A stretch of DNA of 64,000 nt from Pristiophorus japonicus (GCF_044704955.1 NC_091983.1:18600001-18664000); one strand, 5' to 3'; shown: positions 38,023 through 50,669, counted from the stretch's first letter. Numbers and translations are program-made. The notes: generated from the sequence alone by a model not told the origin.

Positions 38023-38552
38023 TCCTTATAAGGATACTTGCCTTGGAGGCGGTGCAATGAAGGTTCGCTAGATTGTTCCCTGGGATGAGAGGGCTGTCTT
38101 ATGATAAGAGATTGTGTAGAATGGGCCTATATTCTCTGGAGTTTAGAAGAATGAGAGGTGATCTCATTGAAACATACAAGATTCTGAAGGGGATTGACAC
38201 GGTAGATGCTGAGAGATTGTTTCCCCTGGTTGGAGTGTCTAGAACTAGGGGGCACAGTCTCAGGATAAAGGGTCGGCCATTTAAGACAGCTATGGGGAGG
38301 AATTTCTTCACTCAGAGGGTTGTGAATCTTTGGCATTCTCTGCTCCAGAGGGCTGTGAATGCTGAGTCTTTGAATATATTCAAGGCTGAGATAGATACAT
38401 TTTTGGAGTCTAGGGGAATCAAGGGATATGGAGATCGGGTGGGAAAGTGGAGTTGAGGTCGATGATCAGCCATGGTCTTATTGAATGGTGGAGCAGGCTC
38501 GAGGGGCCATATGGCCTACTCCTGTTCTTAAGTCTTATGTTCTTCTGTTCTT
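38023..38552 (+). mobile_element. CR1 3' fragment
   Basis: ORF 38073-38456 encodes GLYSLEFRRMRGDLIETYKIL; CR1 3' UTR follows. Confidence 0.92.
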
Positions 38553-38734
38553 GCTGGCACAGAAGTTGACTGATCTAAAGTCTGCTGGCAAGAACCCAAT
38601 CCCTCATTCAAAGCATTAATATTCTCTCGCCCAACGTTAAATATATGATGGATCCACAAATACGTGGAGATAGCAATCTTGCACGGTGCTAGTGAATGCT
38701 AATTCTCAATAAAATCCACATTTGTAGCAAGAAA

Positions 38735-39135
38735 GCATGTATTAAAATATTGTCTTTCACAACCTCAGGATGTCCAAAAGAATGACATCACCAATTAATT
38801 GCTTTTTGGAGTGTTGCAATGTAGGGACACACAGAGCGGCCAATTTGCACACAGCATGACACAAATGGCCAGAAAATCTCTGTTTTGTGGCGTTGTTTCA
38901 GGACACCAAGAGGACTCCCCTGCTGCTCTTCAAAGAATAGCATTGAATCTCTTACACCCATCGAAGAGGGCAGATGGGGCCTCAGTTAATTCAAAAGACA
39001 GCAACTCCAACATTGCAGCACAACCTCAGTGTTGCCCTGGAGTATCAACCTTGATTACATATTGAACTCCCTGGAGTGAGGTTTGTACCCACAATCGTCT
39101 GGATCAGAGGCGAAAGTGCTACCCACTGAACCAGC
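38735..39135 (-). mobile_element. Decayed DeuSINE
   Basis: Similar to 28783-29155 (gagggcagatggggcctc...ctggagtgaggtttgtacccacaatc). Confidence 0.7.
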
Positions 39136-39574
39136 TCTCACAATCTATCTGCTCCAGTGAAATAAATGAAAGGTAACTCCTCTGACAGAAACATATTTTG
39201 TGCTGATATGCGTCTATTTGCTTGACATTCGAACAGGCATCTGTCCCCATATTGGAAAACAAGTTCAGCAAATTAAATAAAGTTGCTGGGACAGTCAGTT
39301 ACAGCTTGTTCCTGAACACTCAGCTGGAACCTCCATGTGGGATGCCAGAATAAAGCCACATTTCAGCAAGTGCTACATCTGCTGCCATGCAAAATTTTGC
39401 AAAACATTTCTCCAGAACTTTTAATCGAAACCAAATAAAAAGAATCAGGGTAAATAAAACTGCTAACACCCCCTTAGAGTCACTAACCAGCTCATGGCAA
39501 GTGCCTGTAAATATAAGGCTGGTAAATGTTTGGGATGATGATCTAAGTGAATAGTCCTCCCCTTAAATACACAG

Positions 39575-39785
39575 AATTAGAGAGTCCACAGCACAGAAAC
39601 AGGCCATTCGGCCCATCTGGTCCATGCCGGTGTTTATGCTCCACATGATCCTCCTCCCTCCCCTCATCGTCTAACTCTGTCAGCACAACCTTTCTCCCTC
39701 GTGTTTATCTGCATTCCTCTTAAATACATCTCTGCTATTCGTCTCAACTATTTCCTGTTGTAGCAAGTTCCACATTCTCACCAGT
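39575..39785 (-). mobile_element. CR1 3' fragment
   Basis: acagcacagaaacaggccattcggccc...gtgtttatgctccac. Confidence 0.8.
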
Positions 39786-40211
39786 AATAGAAAAGTACGA
39801 ATAGTTGATGTATAATAGTGCAGAATATTGCAGTCCCAGGAGATATTACAGTAACAACATGGCATAGCAGTGAACTACTCTATTTGCGAATAGCTTCAGT
39901 CTCTTCAGCTATCATTCTGGACCTTGGAATAGGAACTTGTAAAAGTCTGCTGTGTGGCCCACTGGCTCACTCTCTCACATACAGTCCCAATAGGGAGGAC
40001 TCTTTACTTCCTTTCTGCCTGGTTTCTCAAATGGAGCATTTTTGGGGCAGGAGATCGGCCAGTTCTGCTGCGTTACCGGCCATTGGCATTACTTCTGCCG
40101 CAAGTGACATCATTACTGCCATAGCAACGCTGGACATGAGCAATACCAGCATGCACCTGGTGCCCAGTAGGCGAGAAAAGATTTAGAATTTAAAAGGCCA
40201 ACTAAATGAGT

Positions 40212-40520
40212 TAGAATCAGAGAATCTTACAGCACAGAAGGAGGCCATTCGGCCCATCGGACATGTGCTGACTCTTTGAAAGAGCTCTCCAATTAGTCCC
40301 ACTGCCCTATTCTTTTCCCATAGCCCTACAAATTTCTCCCCTTTCAGTATTTATCCAATTCCTTTTTGAAAGTTACGGAATCTGCTTCCACCCGCCTTTC
40401 AGGCAGAGCATTCCAGATCACAATAACTCGCTGGGTAATTTTTTTCGCACTCATTTCCCACTCTGCTTCTTCTGCCAATGGCCTTAAATCTGTGTCCTCT
40501 GGCTACTGACCCTACAGCCA
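40212..40520 (-). mobile_element. CR1 3' fragment
   Basis: agaatc...gcacagaaggaggccattcggcccatc...gaatctgcttccacc. Confidence 0.8.
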
Positions 40521-40954
40521 ATGTTTTAAAAAAAAATGTAACTAGACCCTTCTCTTCTGCTACCCTGGAGGTGTCCGGCCCTCTCTGTTACAGCAGGTGT
40601 CTGAGGCCTAAGGGGCAGCTATTTTCCTCCCCACTCAGGGTGGGCTCCCAGGCACGGACAGGAATCTCGCTGGGGAACCTTCCAAAACTGTGCAGTGGGG
40701 GCTGACCCACGAAAGTGAGCGAGGGTCAACGGCAGGGAAATTAAGTGAGCATAAAAACCCGCAAAGCAGGTATTGATCTTGCCGCGAATCTCTTTCTCAG
40801 TGGAATAAGCAAATGAAGAATAAAATCGCTATGCTCAGTTTCAGAGGAGTGAACAATCAGAAGGGATATCCTGGGAACTAATACTGGCAGGATAAGGAGT
40901 GAAGTTAGATGGTACTTTTTTTTTTACACAGAGGGTGATAGAGTTGTGGATTAT

Positions 40955-41217
40955 GTGATCCATGCAGCAGAGCTGGTCTCCAGTCATCTTGGGTAACCCT
41001 TGCCACTGGACCAAGCCCTAGGTCTGCCAAGCCCGTGTGGTGGCTGGTGTGCAACGACCACCACACGTTAAAAAAATCCACGCACAGGCATCTTCCATTC
41101 TTCAGGATGTAGTTCGGGACCTGGAATTTTAAGTCCTTCATTGGAACACCTGTGAACTTGTCCTTTTTGGCATGGAAACAAGTCATCCTCGTTTTGAGGG
41201 ACTGCCTATGATGATGA
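40955..41217 (+). mobile_element. Non-autonomous retroposon (SINE-like) with an RTE-type 3' tail
   Basis: Ends caagtcatcctcgttttgagggactgcctatgatgatg, matching the RTE 3' end at 60686-60724. A second copy lies at 43633-44680. Confidence 0.7.
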
Positions 41218-41256
41218 GATGTTGCCATGTAAACCCATTGACACACACAATGCAAT

Positions 41257-42092
41257 GGGGGTAATTTTGACTTTCGGCAATGTTGTAAAGCGGGCGATGT
41301 CGGTTCAACCGCCCATTATACATCTCTCCCGATTCCAGTTACTTCAAGTGATCAGGAAGGCCAATGGTATCTTGGCCTTTATTGCAAAGGGGATGGAGTA
41401 TAAAAGCAGGGAAGTCTTGCTACAGCTATATAAGATATTGGTGAGGCCACACCTGGAATACTGTGTGCAGTTTTGGTTTCCATATTTACGAAAGGATATA
41501 CTTGCTTTGGAGGCAGTTCAGAGAAGGTTCACTAGGTTTATTCTGGGGATGACGGGGTTGACTTATGAGGAAAGGTTGAGTAGGTTGGGCCTCTACTCAT
41601 TGGAATTCAGAAGAATGAGAGGTGATCTTATCGAAACGTATAAGATTATGAGGGGGCTTGACAAGCTGGATGCAGAGAGGATGTTTCCACTGATGGGGGA
41701 GACTAGAACTAGAGGGCATGATCTTAGAATAAGGGGCCGCCCATTTAAAATAGAGATGAGGAAAAATTTCTTCTCTCAGAGGGTTGTAAATCTGTGGAAT
41801 TCACTGCCTCAGAGAGCTGTGGAAGCTGGGACATTGAATAAATTTAAGACAGAAATAGACAGTTTCTTAAACGATAAGGCATTTTGGGGAGTGGGCAGGG
41901 AAGTGGAGTTGAGTCCATGATCAGATCAGCCATGATCTTATTGAATGGTGGAGCAGGCTCGAGGGGCCGTATGGCTTACTCCTGTTCCTATTTCTTATGT
42001 TCTTATGTTCTAATAGAAATGGACAATGAAAGAGATGTGTAATGGGCGGCTGGATCGATATCACCCTATCGGCCAAAGTTAAAATTACCCCC
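41257..42092. mobile_element. Palindromic MITE with AAT TSD, split centrally by a CR1
   Basis: AAT flanks both ends; TIRs gggggtaattttgacttt / aaagttaaaattaccccc; inner arms accgcccattatacatctct / agagatgtgtaatgggcgg. Confidence 0.85.
41345..42010 (+). mobile_element. Young CR1 3' fragment with a long open ORF2 C-terminus
   Basis: Encodes QVIRKANGILAFIAKGMEYKSREVLLQLYKILVRPHLEYCVQFW; tail ttcttatgttcttatgttct. Confidence 0.95.
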
Positions 42093-42457
42093 AATATTCA
42101 AAAGACAATTATTGAAAGAAAGGGGATCTGATATAGTGACAAGCTATTCAAGTGGGACTGATTACTGAAAGAAGGAGGGACTTGTTGGGTCCAAAACCAA
42201 TTTTCTAAAGATTACATTGCCAGATTCTTATTACTGGAACTATTTCTTTAACTTCTAAAAATTCATTTTCACAAGATAATTTTTTTTTAAATGATTAAAC
42301 TGAAAAACAAAATAACCTTTGAATCATTTTTATTCTTAGGTACCCACTACAGACAAATGTTCCCACGAGGACCAATCCACAATTCAATCTCCTATACCGA
42401 CCACATGTAATCAAATGACGATAATTACATTCTTTACATAATTTCCCGATAACACAG

Positions 42458-42572
42458 TGGCCCGAAATTTCCAGGGAAGCGGGGTTCAACGGCAGTCAGT
42501 GCTGTTTTGCCGTGATATCCGCCCCGCACACACAGCAGGAGATCTGGAGTGCCCCCATGGAAATTCAGGGCC
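42458..42572. mobile_element. Short MITE
   Basis: TIRs ggcccgaaatttcca / tggaaattcagggcc. Confidence 0.65.
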
Positions 42573-42817
42573 AATATATTGGGTGAGGACCTGTGGGATA
42601 TCAAAAACAGAGAAATAGTTCCTCACAACTTCTAAAATATCTCTCAACACAACACGGCTAATGTTACATAGCGAAAGGCTATTCCTGGTCTTGGAGTTTG
42701 GAGTGCCAACTCCTGTTGGATGTATTTCTGGAGGTTTCATCACATGACCTACTGCCTCCAACCATCCTGCCCCCGTGCTCCCGCCATTGGTCGCCCAACA
42801 GCGATGCACTGCCTTCC

Positions 42818-43052
42818 CATAAGAACATAAGAAATAGGAGGAGTAGGCCATACGACCCCTCAAGCCTGCTCCGCCATTCAATAAGATCATGGCTGATCTG
42901 ATCATGGACTCAACTCCACTTTCCCGCCTGTTTCCCATAATCCTTGACTCCCTTATCGTCCATGAATCTGTCTATCTCCACCTTAAATATATTCAATGAC
43001 CCAGCCTCCACAGTTCTCTGGGGCAGAGAATTCCACAGATTCATCACCCTCA
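42818..43052 (-). mobile_element. CR1 3' fragment
   Basis: cataagaacataagaaataggaggagtaggcc, the reverse complement of about 41790-42010. Confidence 0.9.
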
Positions 43053-43632
43053 CCACCTCACGACCACACCAACCGGAGAACAGACAGATTCCCCAATGCT
43101 TGATTGGATGACTCTTGACTCTCAGTCAAACAGTCTTCTTCCCACCTCCAGTATTTTTCTAACTAATAAATGAAAGTATCTAAATTTAATGAACTCCCTC
43201 CCCACACATAATGCCTCCAATGATTTTTCTCCTGGGTTGCTCGCAGCCGTTTTCTGGGGACTCAGCTTTAATTCCTGGAGACTCCAGGGCAATTCTGGAG
43301 GGTTGGCAACCCTAAATTGGAGTCGCAGTCAGCACGTGAAGGATGTCCAGCGTCACAATGTGCAACTGAAAAGTAACACGAGCAGGCGGCCCTGGAGACA
43401 AGAATTTCCCCAGCTGCTTCACTGATGTACACCCCCACCCAGTCTGGCCTACACGCGACTCCAGTTCCATTGTATGTGGTTGACTCTATAGGGCTGGAAA
43501 TTCACAGTGATACCGCCCATCGCGAGGGTTGGAACAGGGTTGGGAAAGGGTTGGGAAATGCAAGCGCCGGCAATCACGTCTGTAATATAGAGCTCCACCC
43601 AGTGGACTACTCTGGTAATGCAACTGCTGCTG

Positions 43633-44680
43633 TATCATCATCATCATAGGCGGTCCCTCGAAACGAGGATTACTTGCTTCCACGCCAAAAAATGATGAAT
43701 TCACAGGTGTTTCTGTGAAGGACCTGAACTACATCCTGAAGAGTGGAAGGTGCCTGTGCGTGGATTTTTTTTTAAACATGTGATGGCCGTTGCACACCAG
43801 CCACCACATGGGCTTGACAGAGCTAGGTCTTGGTCCAGTGGCAAGGATTAACATAGAAAGTAGGTGCAGGAAAAGGCCATTTGGCCCTTCGAGCCTGCAC
43901 CACCATTCAATATGAACATGGCTGATCATGCAACTTCAGTAACCCATTCCTGCTTTCTCTCCATACCCCTTGATCCCTTTAGCCGTAAGGGCCACATCTA
44001 ACTCCCTTTTGAATATATCTAACGAACTGGCCTCAACAACTTTCTGTGGTAGAGAATTCCACAGGTTCACCACTCTCTGAGTGAACAAGTTTCTCCTCAT
44101 CTCGGTCCTAAATGGCTTACCCCTTATCCTTAGACTGTGACCCCTGATTTTGGACTTCCCCAACATCGGGAACATTCTTCCTGCATCTAACCTGTCCAAT
44201 CCCGTCAGAATTTTATATGTTTCTATGAGATTCCTTCTCATTCTTCTAAATTCCAGTGAATATAAGCCTAGTCGATCCAGTCTTTCTTCATATGTCAGTC
44301 CTGCCATCCCGGGAATCAGTCTGGTGAAACTTCACTGCACTCCCTCAATAGCAAGAACGTCGTTCCTCAGATTAGGAGACCAAAACTGAACACAATACTC
44401 AAGGTGTGGTCTCACCAAGGCCCTGTACAACTGCAATAAGACCTCCCTGTTCCTATACTCAAATCCCCTCGCTATGAAGGCCAGCATGCCATTTGCTTTC
44501 TTCACCGCCTGCGGTACCTGCATGCCAACTTTCAATGACTGATGTACCATGACACCCAGGTCCCGTTGCACCTCCCCTTTTACTAATCAAGACGACTGGA
44601 GACCAGCTCTGCTGCACACATAAGACAATGTGGGCTGGCCCATGCTGCCCCTGGGCCCCGACCACGTCCCTCTACATTGT
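43633..44680 (-). mobile_element. RTE-tailed SINE-like copy split by a CR1 (about 43851-44582, minus strand)
   Basis: (atc)n tail and ggcggtccctcgaaacgagga at the left. gtggcaaggattaa and tcaagacgactggagaccagctctgctgca flank the CR1 and are contiguous in the 40955 copy. Confidence 0.8.
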
Positions 44681-45977
44681 CTGTAATTATGCTGCTGTAA
44701 ATACAATAACAGTCACCTGACAAGTTCCCGATTGACACCGTCTTGTGTAGAGTGTGCTTTAGTAATGTCATAAGGATATATCACATTGACAACGTGGGAT
44801 AGGGTAATCGGATTCCCTAGCTGAAACTTTTGTTGGTGGATGATTCAGCCAACCAACAGAGATACTAGTGATGTCATAAGAATATATCACAGCTGCCGCT
44901 CGGTAATTTCAGTGATCCAGAACCGGTGGTGCAGAGGAATCCCGCCTGGGAGTGTCGCGCCGGTGTACAACAGCCCCGATATCGCATTGCATTGACCGCG
45001 TAGCGCCCCGTAGTGACATCACCAGAGAAAGATGGCAATCAGTGCTGGCCCGACGGCGGTGAGGGAAGGAATGACTGCATGAGGTATGTGTGATTGTTTT
45101 TTTATGGCGATTTATCTTTATTTGTGGTGATTAATATTTTGTGAATTTTGTGCAGATTTTTTTTTTCCTCTCTTAGGATGCTATGAAGCCAGCTCTTTAG
45201 CCATACATATCCAGTTGCTCACCCGGCCTAGCGCCTTAAGATAAGTGTGGAACGCCTCCCTTAGCACTCCGCTCCACTCTCAGGGCGCAGCTGCTGAATT
45301 TTGTGGCTGCCGACACAAACCATTTCCCGCCGCTAAGTTTATCCACCGCCCTACATTAACGCCTTGAGAAACCTTCAGCCTAATTTTCAGCCCCTTTTAT
45401 GCCCTCAGGCAGCTAAGGAAGGTCGAAAAATATTGCCTTGCCAGTGTCGCCCACATTCCCGCAACACACGCGCAGCAGTCTGAAGGTTAATGGTGTTAAT
45501 TAACACGGGATTAACTGATGTAACTCGGTGTGCATTTCTCTGCTGTGCAGAGGGAGAAAGTAATCGTCGCCAATTTCAAATTTTGTTCAAGGCTTGTTAC
45601 TGTTACACTCATGTCCTCCAGTTCTGTGCTTACAGTCCAGGCTAAGTAGCCGTTCACATCTGTAGAATGTTTTCCTTTCAGCAACCCTGGTATGGTTTCT
45701 TCAGAGTCAGCAGGGCTAGATTAAGGGCCTGATGGGCCTGGGGCAAAGGGATCCAAATGGGCCGGTAGTTATGTTTGTTCATGTTCATTACATTACGTAT
45801 ACGATCCTCATTCTGAGTATGAAAACATAGGCCAGTATATTCAACAATGAAAGCATACATTCTTTATCAATAGGTATATATTCTGGTTCTGGTAACATTG
45901 CAATACTAGATTCCGATACATATATGCTAATTTCTCTCAATAACATGTGAAATAAAACAGGCTAGTATATAATCTGT

Positions 45978-48712
45978 TCAGGGGTATTCAACATTTAGGA
46001 AGGATAGACAGAAAGGAAAAGGAGGCGGGGTGGCATTGCTGGTTAAGGAGGAAATTAATGCAATAGTAAGAAAGGACATTAGCTTGGATGATGTGGAATC
46101 TATATGGGTGGAGCTGCGGAATACCAAGGGGCAGTAGACGCTAGTGAGATTTGTGTACAGACCACCAAACAGTAGTAATAAGGTTGGGGACAGCATCAAA
46201 CAAGAAATTAGGGATGCATGCAATAAAGGTACAGCAATTATCATGGTGACTTTAATCTACATATTGATTGGGCTAACCAAACTGGTAGCAATGCGGTGGA
46301 GGAGGATTTCCTGGAGTGTATTAGGGATGGTTTTCGAGACCAATATGTCGAGGAACCAACCAGGGAGCTAGCCATCCTAGACTGGGTGATGGGTAATGAG
46401 AAAGGACTAATTAGCAATCTTGTTGTGCGAGGCCCCTTGGGGAAGAGTGACCATAATATGGTAGAATTCTTTATTAGGATGGAGAGTGACACAGTTAATT
46501 CAGAAATTAGGGTCCTGAAATTAAGGAAAGGTAACTTCGATGGTATGAGAAGTGAATTGGCTAGAATAGACTGGCAAATGATATTTAAAGGGTTGACAGA
46601 GGATAGGCAATGGCAAACATTTAAAGATCACATGGATTAACTCCAGTAATTGTACATCCCTGTCTGGAGTAAAAATAAAACGGGGAAGGTGGCTCAACCG
46701 TGGCTAACAAGAGAAATTAAGGATAGTGTTAAATCCAAGGAAGAGGCATATAAATTGGCCAGAAAAAGCAGCAGACCTGAGGACTGGGAGAAATTTAGAA
46801 TTCAGCAGAGGAGAAAAAGGGTTTAATTAAGAGGATGTAAATAGAGTACGAGAAGAAGCTTGCCGAGAACATAAAAACTGACTGCAAAAGCTTCTATAGA
46901 TATGTGAAGAGAAAAAGATTAGTGAAGACAAACGTAGGTCCCTTGCAATCGGATTTAGGTGAATTTATAATGGGGAACAAAGAAATGGCAGACCGATTGA
47001 ACAAATACTTTGGTTCTGTCTTCACGAAGGAAGACACAAATAACCGTCTGGAAGTACGAGGGGACCAAGGGTCTAGTGAGAAGGAGGAACTGAAGGATAT
47101 CCTTATTAGGCGGGAACTTGTGTTAGGGAAATTGATGGGATTGAAGGCCGATAAATCCCGGGGGCCTGATAGTCTGCGTCCCAGAGTACTTAAGGAAGTG
47201 GCCATAGAAATAATGAATGCATTGGTGATCATTTTCCAACAGTCTATCGACTCGGGATTAGTTCCTATGGACTGGAGGGTAGCTAATGTAACACCACTTT
47301 TTAAAAAGGGAGGGAGGGAAAGTGGTAATTATAGACTGGTTAGCCTGAAATCAGTGGTGGGGAAAATGTTGGAATCAATTATTAAGAATGAAATAGCAGC
47401 GCATTTGGAAAGCAGTGACAGGATCGGTCCAAGTCAGCATGAAAGGGGAAATCATGCTTGACAAATCTTCTAGAATTTTTTGAGGATGTAACAAGGGCGT
47501 GGACGAGGGAGAACCAGTGGATGTGGTGTATTTGGACTTTCAAAAGGCTTCTGACAATGTCCCACACAAGAGATTGGTGTGCAAAATCAAAGCACATGGT
47601 ATTGGGGGTCATATACTGACGTGGATAGAGAACTGGTTGGCAGACAGGAAGCAGAGAGTCGGGATAAACGGGTCCTTTTCAGAATGGCAGGCAGTGACTA
47701 GTGAAGTGCCGCAGGGCTCAGTGCTGGGACCCCAGCTCTTTACAATATACATCAATGATTTGGATGAAGGAATTGAGTGTAATATCTCCAAGTTTGCAGA
47801 TGACGCTAAACTGGGTGGCGGTGTGAGCTGTGAGGGAGAAGCTAAGAGGCTGCAGGGTGACTTGGGCAGGTTACTGAGTGGGCAAATGCATGGCAGATGC
47901 AGTATAATGTGGATAAATGTGAGGTTATCCACTTTGGGGGCAAAAACATAAAGACAGAATATTATCTGAATGGTGGCAGATTAGGAAAAGGGAAGCTGCA
48001 ACGAGACCTGGGTGTCATGGTTCATCAGTCATTGAAAGTTGGCATGCAGGTACAGCAGGCGGTGAAGAAGGCAAATGGTATGTTGGCCTTCATAGCTATG
48101 GGATTTGAGTATAGGAGCAGGGAGGTCTTACTGCAGTTGTACAGGGCCTTGGTGAGGTCTCACCTGGAATATTGTGTTCAGTTTTGGTCTCCTAATCTGA
48201 GGGAGGACATTCTTGCTATTGAGGGATTGCAGCGAAGGTTCACCAGACTGATTCCCGCGATGGCTGGACTGACATATGCGGAGAGACTGGATCAACTGGG
48301 CCTTTATACATTGGAGTTTAGAAGAATGAGAGGGGATCTCATAGAAACATACAAGATTCTGACAGGACGGGACAGGTTCGATGCGGGTCGATTGTTCCCG
48401 ATGTTGGGGAAGTCCAGAACCAGGGGACACAGTCTTAGGATAAAGGGTAGGCCATTTAGGACTCAGATGAGGAGAAACTTCTTCACTCAGAGAGTTGTTA
48501 ACCTGTGGAATTCCCTACTGCCGAGAGTTGTTGATGCTAGTTGATTGGATATATTCAAGAGGGAGTTAGATATGGCCCTTACAGCAAAGGGGATCAAGGG
48601 GTATGGAGAGAAAGCAGGAAAGGGGTACTGAGGGAATGATCAGCCATGATCTTATCGAATGGTGCTGCAGGATCGAAGGGCCAAGTGGCCTACTCCTGCA
48701 CCTATTTTCTAT
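45978..48712 (+). mobile_element. Longest CR1 (HER1-like) copy: APE endonuclease remnant, RT and 3' UTR, with several stops and frameshifts
   Basis: Encodes RKDRQKGKGGGVALLVKE, VYRPPNS, AILDWVMGN...LGKSDHN, WRVANVTPLFKKG, YLDFQKA, VPQGSVLGP and KFADDAKL. Confidence 0.97.
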
Positions 48713-49201
48713 GTATATAGGTACATTAGTGTATATAGGTACATCTGTATATAGGTACATTAGTGTATATAGGTACATAGGTATATATCATTACTTTTGT
48801 ATATAGGTACATTAGTGCATATCGGTACGTCTGTATATAGGTACATTAATATATATAGGTACATCAGTGTATATAGGTACATTAGTGTATATCATTACTT
48901 TTGTATATAGGTACATTAGTGCATATCGGTACGTCTGTATATAGGTACATTAATATATATAGGTACATCAGTGTATATAGGTACATTGGTGTATGTAGGT
49001 ACTTCTGTATATAGGTACATTAGTGAATATTGTTACTTTTGTATATAGGTACATTAGTGCATATCGGTACGTCTGTATATAGGTACATTAGTGCATATAG
49101 GTATGTCTGTATAGAGGTACATTAGTGTTTTGATACTTCTGTATATAGGTACTTCTGTATATAGGTACATTAGTGTTTATAGGTACTTCTGTATATAGGT
49201 A
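48711..49201. repeat. Composite minisatellite (16-18 bp gtatataggtac-based units) with an approximately 104-bp higher-order repeat
   Basis: Units gtatataggtacattagt and gtatataggtacatct. A block starting tcattacttttgtatat recurs at 48788 and 48892, with a variant at 49031. Confidence 0.95.
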
Positions 49202-49547
49202 TAAACAAGTGAATCTATTTTCCTCGGTCTTGTTTTTCCTCTCTTATGGTCTATTCTATTCTATTCAGCCAATTTGGAGGCCTTAGATATTTTTCCTTCA
49301 TTTATTTGGTGGGCTTATGTTCCGCCCCATGGTTAATCTGCCCCGCGGTAAATCTGCCCCGCGGTAAATCTGCCCCAGAGAGTCACAGCCTCGCACGCAT
49401 AAAAACGAATGAGTAATATTCTTTATTTTTTGTTTCCCCGAGATAATCATTCTCCCACTATCCGCAATCCATCTGCATCTATAGAGCTTCGATAGCAGAC
49501 AGAATACAGCATACACTGCATGGTGTCAAAACAAACTAACCATATTT

Positions 49548-49682
49548 ACTTCCAACGAAAAGTCATCGATCTGAAACGTTAATTCTGTTTCTCCCTCTCC
49601 GAAGATGCTGCCTGACCCACTGAGTGTGTGCAACATTTTCTGTTTTTATTCCAGATTCCTAGCATCCGCAGTATTTTACTTC
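49548..49682 (+). mobile_element. PLE-derived terminal fragment with a degenerate hammerhead motif
   Basis: ccaacgaaaagtcatcgatctgaaacgttaattctg...gatgctgcctgaccc...agcatccgcagtatttt. Confidence 0.7.
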
Positions 49683-50669
49683 TGCATATTTACTTCCTAC
49701 TGTGGAACCAGTGTCACTGTCAGGCTGAGATAAACAACAGCCACTGCATTTGTTCATATTTCTGCCTCGAGGAGCAGACTCATCTACAAATTGCAGCCTA
49801 AAGCTTCACTGCATATCGCCCATTCCATTCATTTCAAAGTTTCATCCTTTCACGGACTGGCTTGGCTTGAATTCCAACGTGGCCCTCTTTAAATGCATTC
49901 CAAGTGCTTTTAATTACGCGCACGCGATTAATTCTGGCATAATTGCACCAGCAGCAAAACAATTAGGATGTCAAAATAAAATCATAAAGCCAGTTGCAGC
50001 AATGTAATAAACTCAGAAAAAAGGAGTATCATAAAATAAATGTAATCTTCTTCAAAGCTAAAACAAGACACTTCATATAAGGGTTGTATTTTGCAAAGAT
50101 TTATCTATTTAAGGAATATATAACATCAATCGCCTTGCTGTTATAAGATTTTATTGAGCACATCTTAATTTTATTTCTATTCTGCACAGTACATACTGTG
50201 ACTCAAAACATGATTTATTTCTCCACTATAATTTTAAACAGAAACGCATTTGTTTTACTTAATTTATATAGATGAAAAATGAACAAAAAAAACTGCCACT
50301 TTAGAATTGATTTTTCCAATCTCTAATAAACCGGAGGAAGGTTTGCATCACAATCTTAAATATATGAATTATAAAGCCACACAACCAAGGTAAAAAAAAT
50401 AGACGAGGAGGGCCCAATTTCCTTTTTTAAGTATGTGCAGATATTGATCTGAATGTAATGTCCTGTCTGGTCGAAAATATTTTGGACGTATGCTTAAAAT
50501 TGTTCGTTTTCCTCTGTGTTCATGAACAGTATGTGCATGTCAATCAGAGCTGAAATACAAAACATGATTTAGTGATATGAAAATGAATGGATACACATGT
50601 GATCTGCAATTGACCACTGCAGCTGGAGGAGCATGGTGAACAAAATGTGGCCAAGGTTGGGAATGCTGT

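Noticed and set aside
39818-40186. 122-aa ORF and an RFX X-box-like motif (actgccatagcaac)
   Set aside because: No homology recognised, and a single imperfect motif is insufficient evidence.
41219-41920. 233-aa ORF as a novel fusion gene
   Set aside because: Chance in-frame read-through from a MITE arm into a CR1 ORF2 C-terminus.
48711-49201. Possible repeat-spacer array next to a reverse transcriptase
   Set aside because: The intervening bases are themselves repeated variants, and the RT is an ordinary decayed CR1 ORF2.
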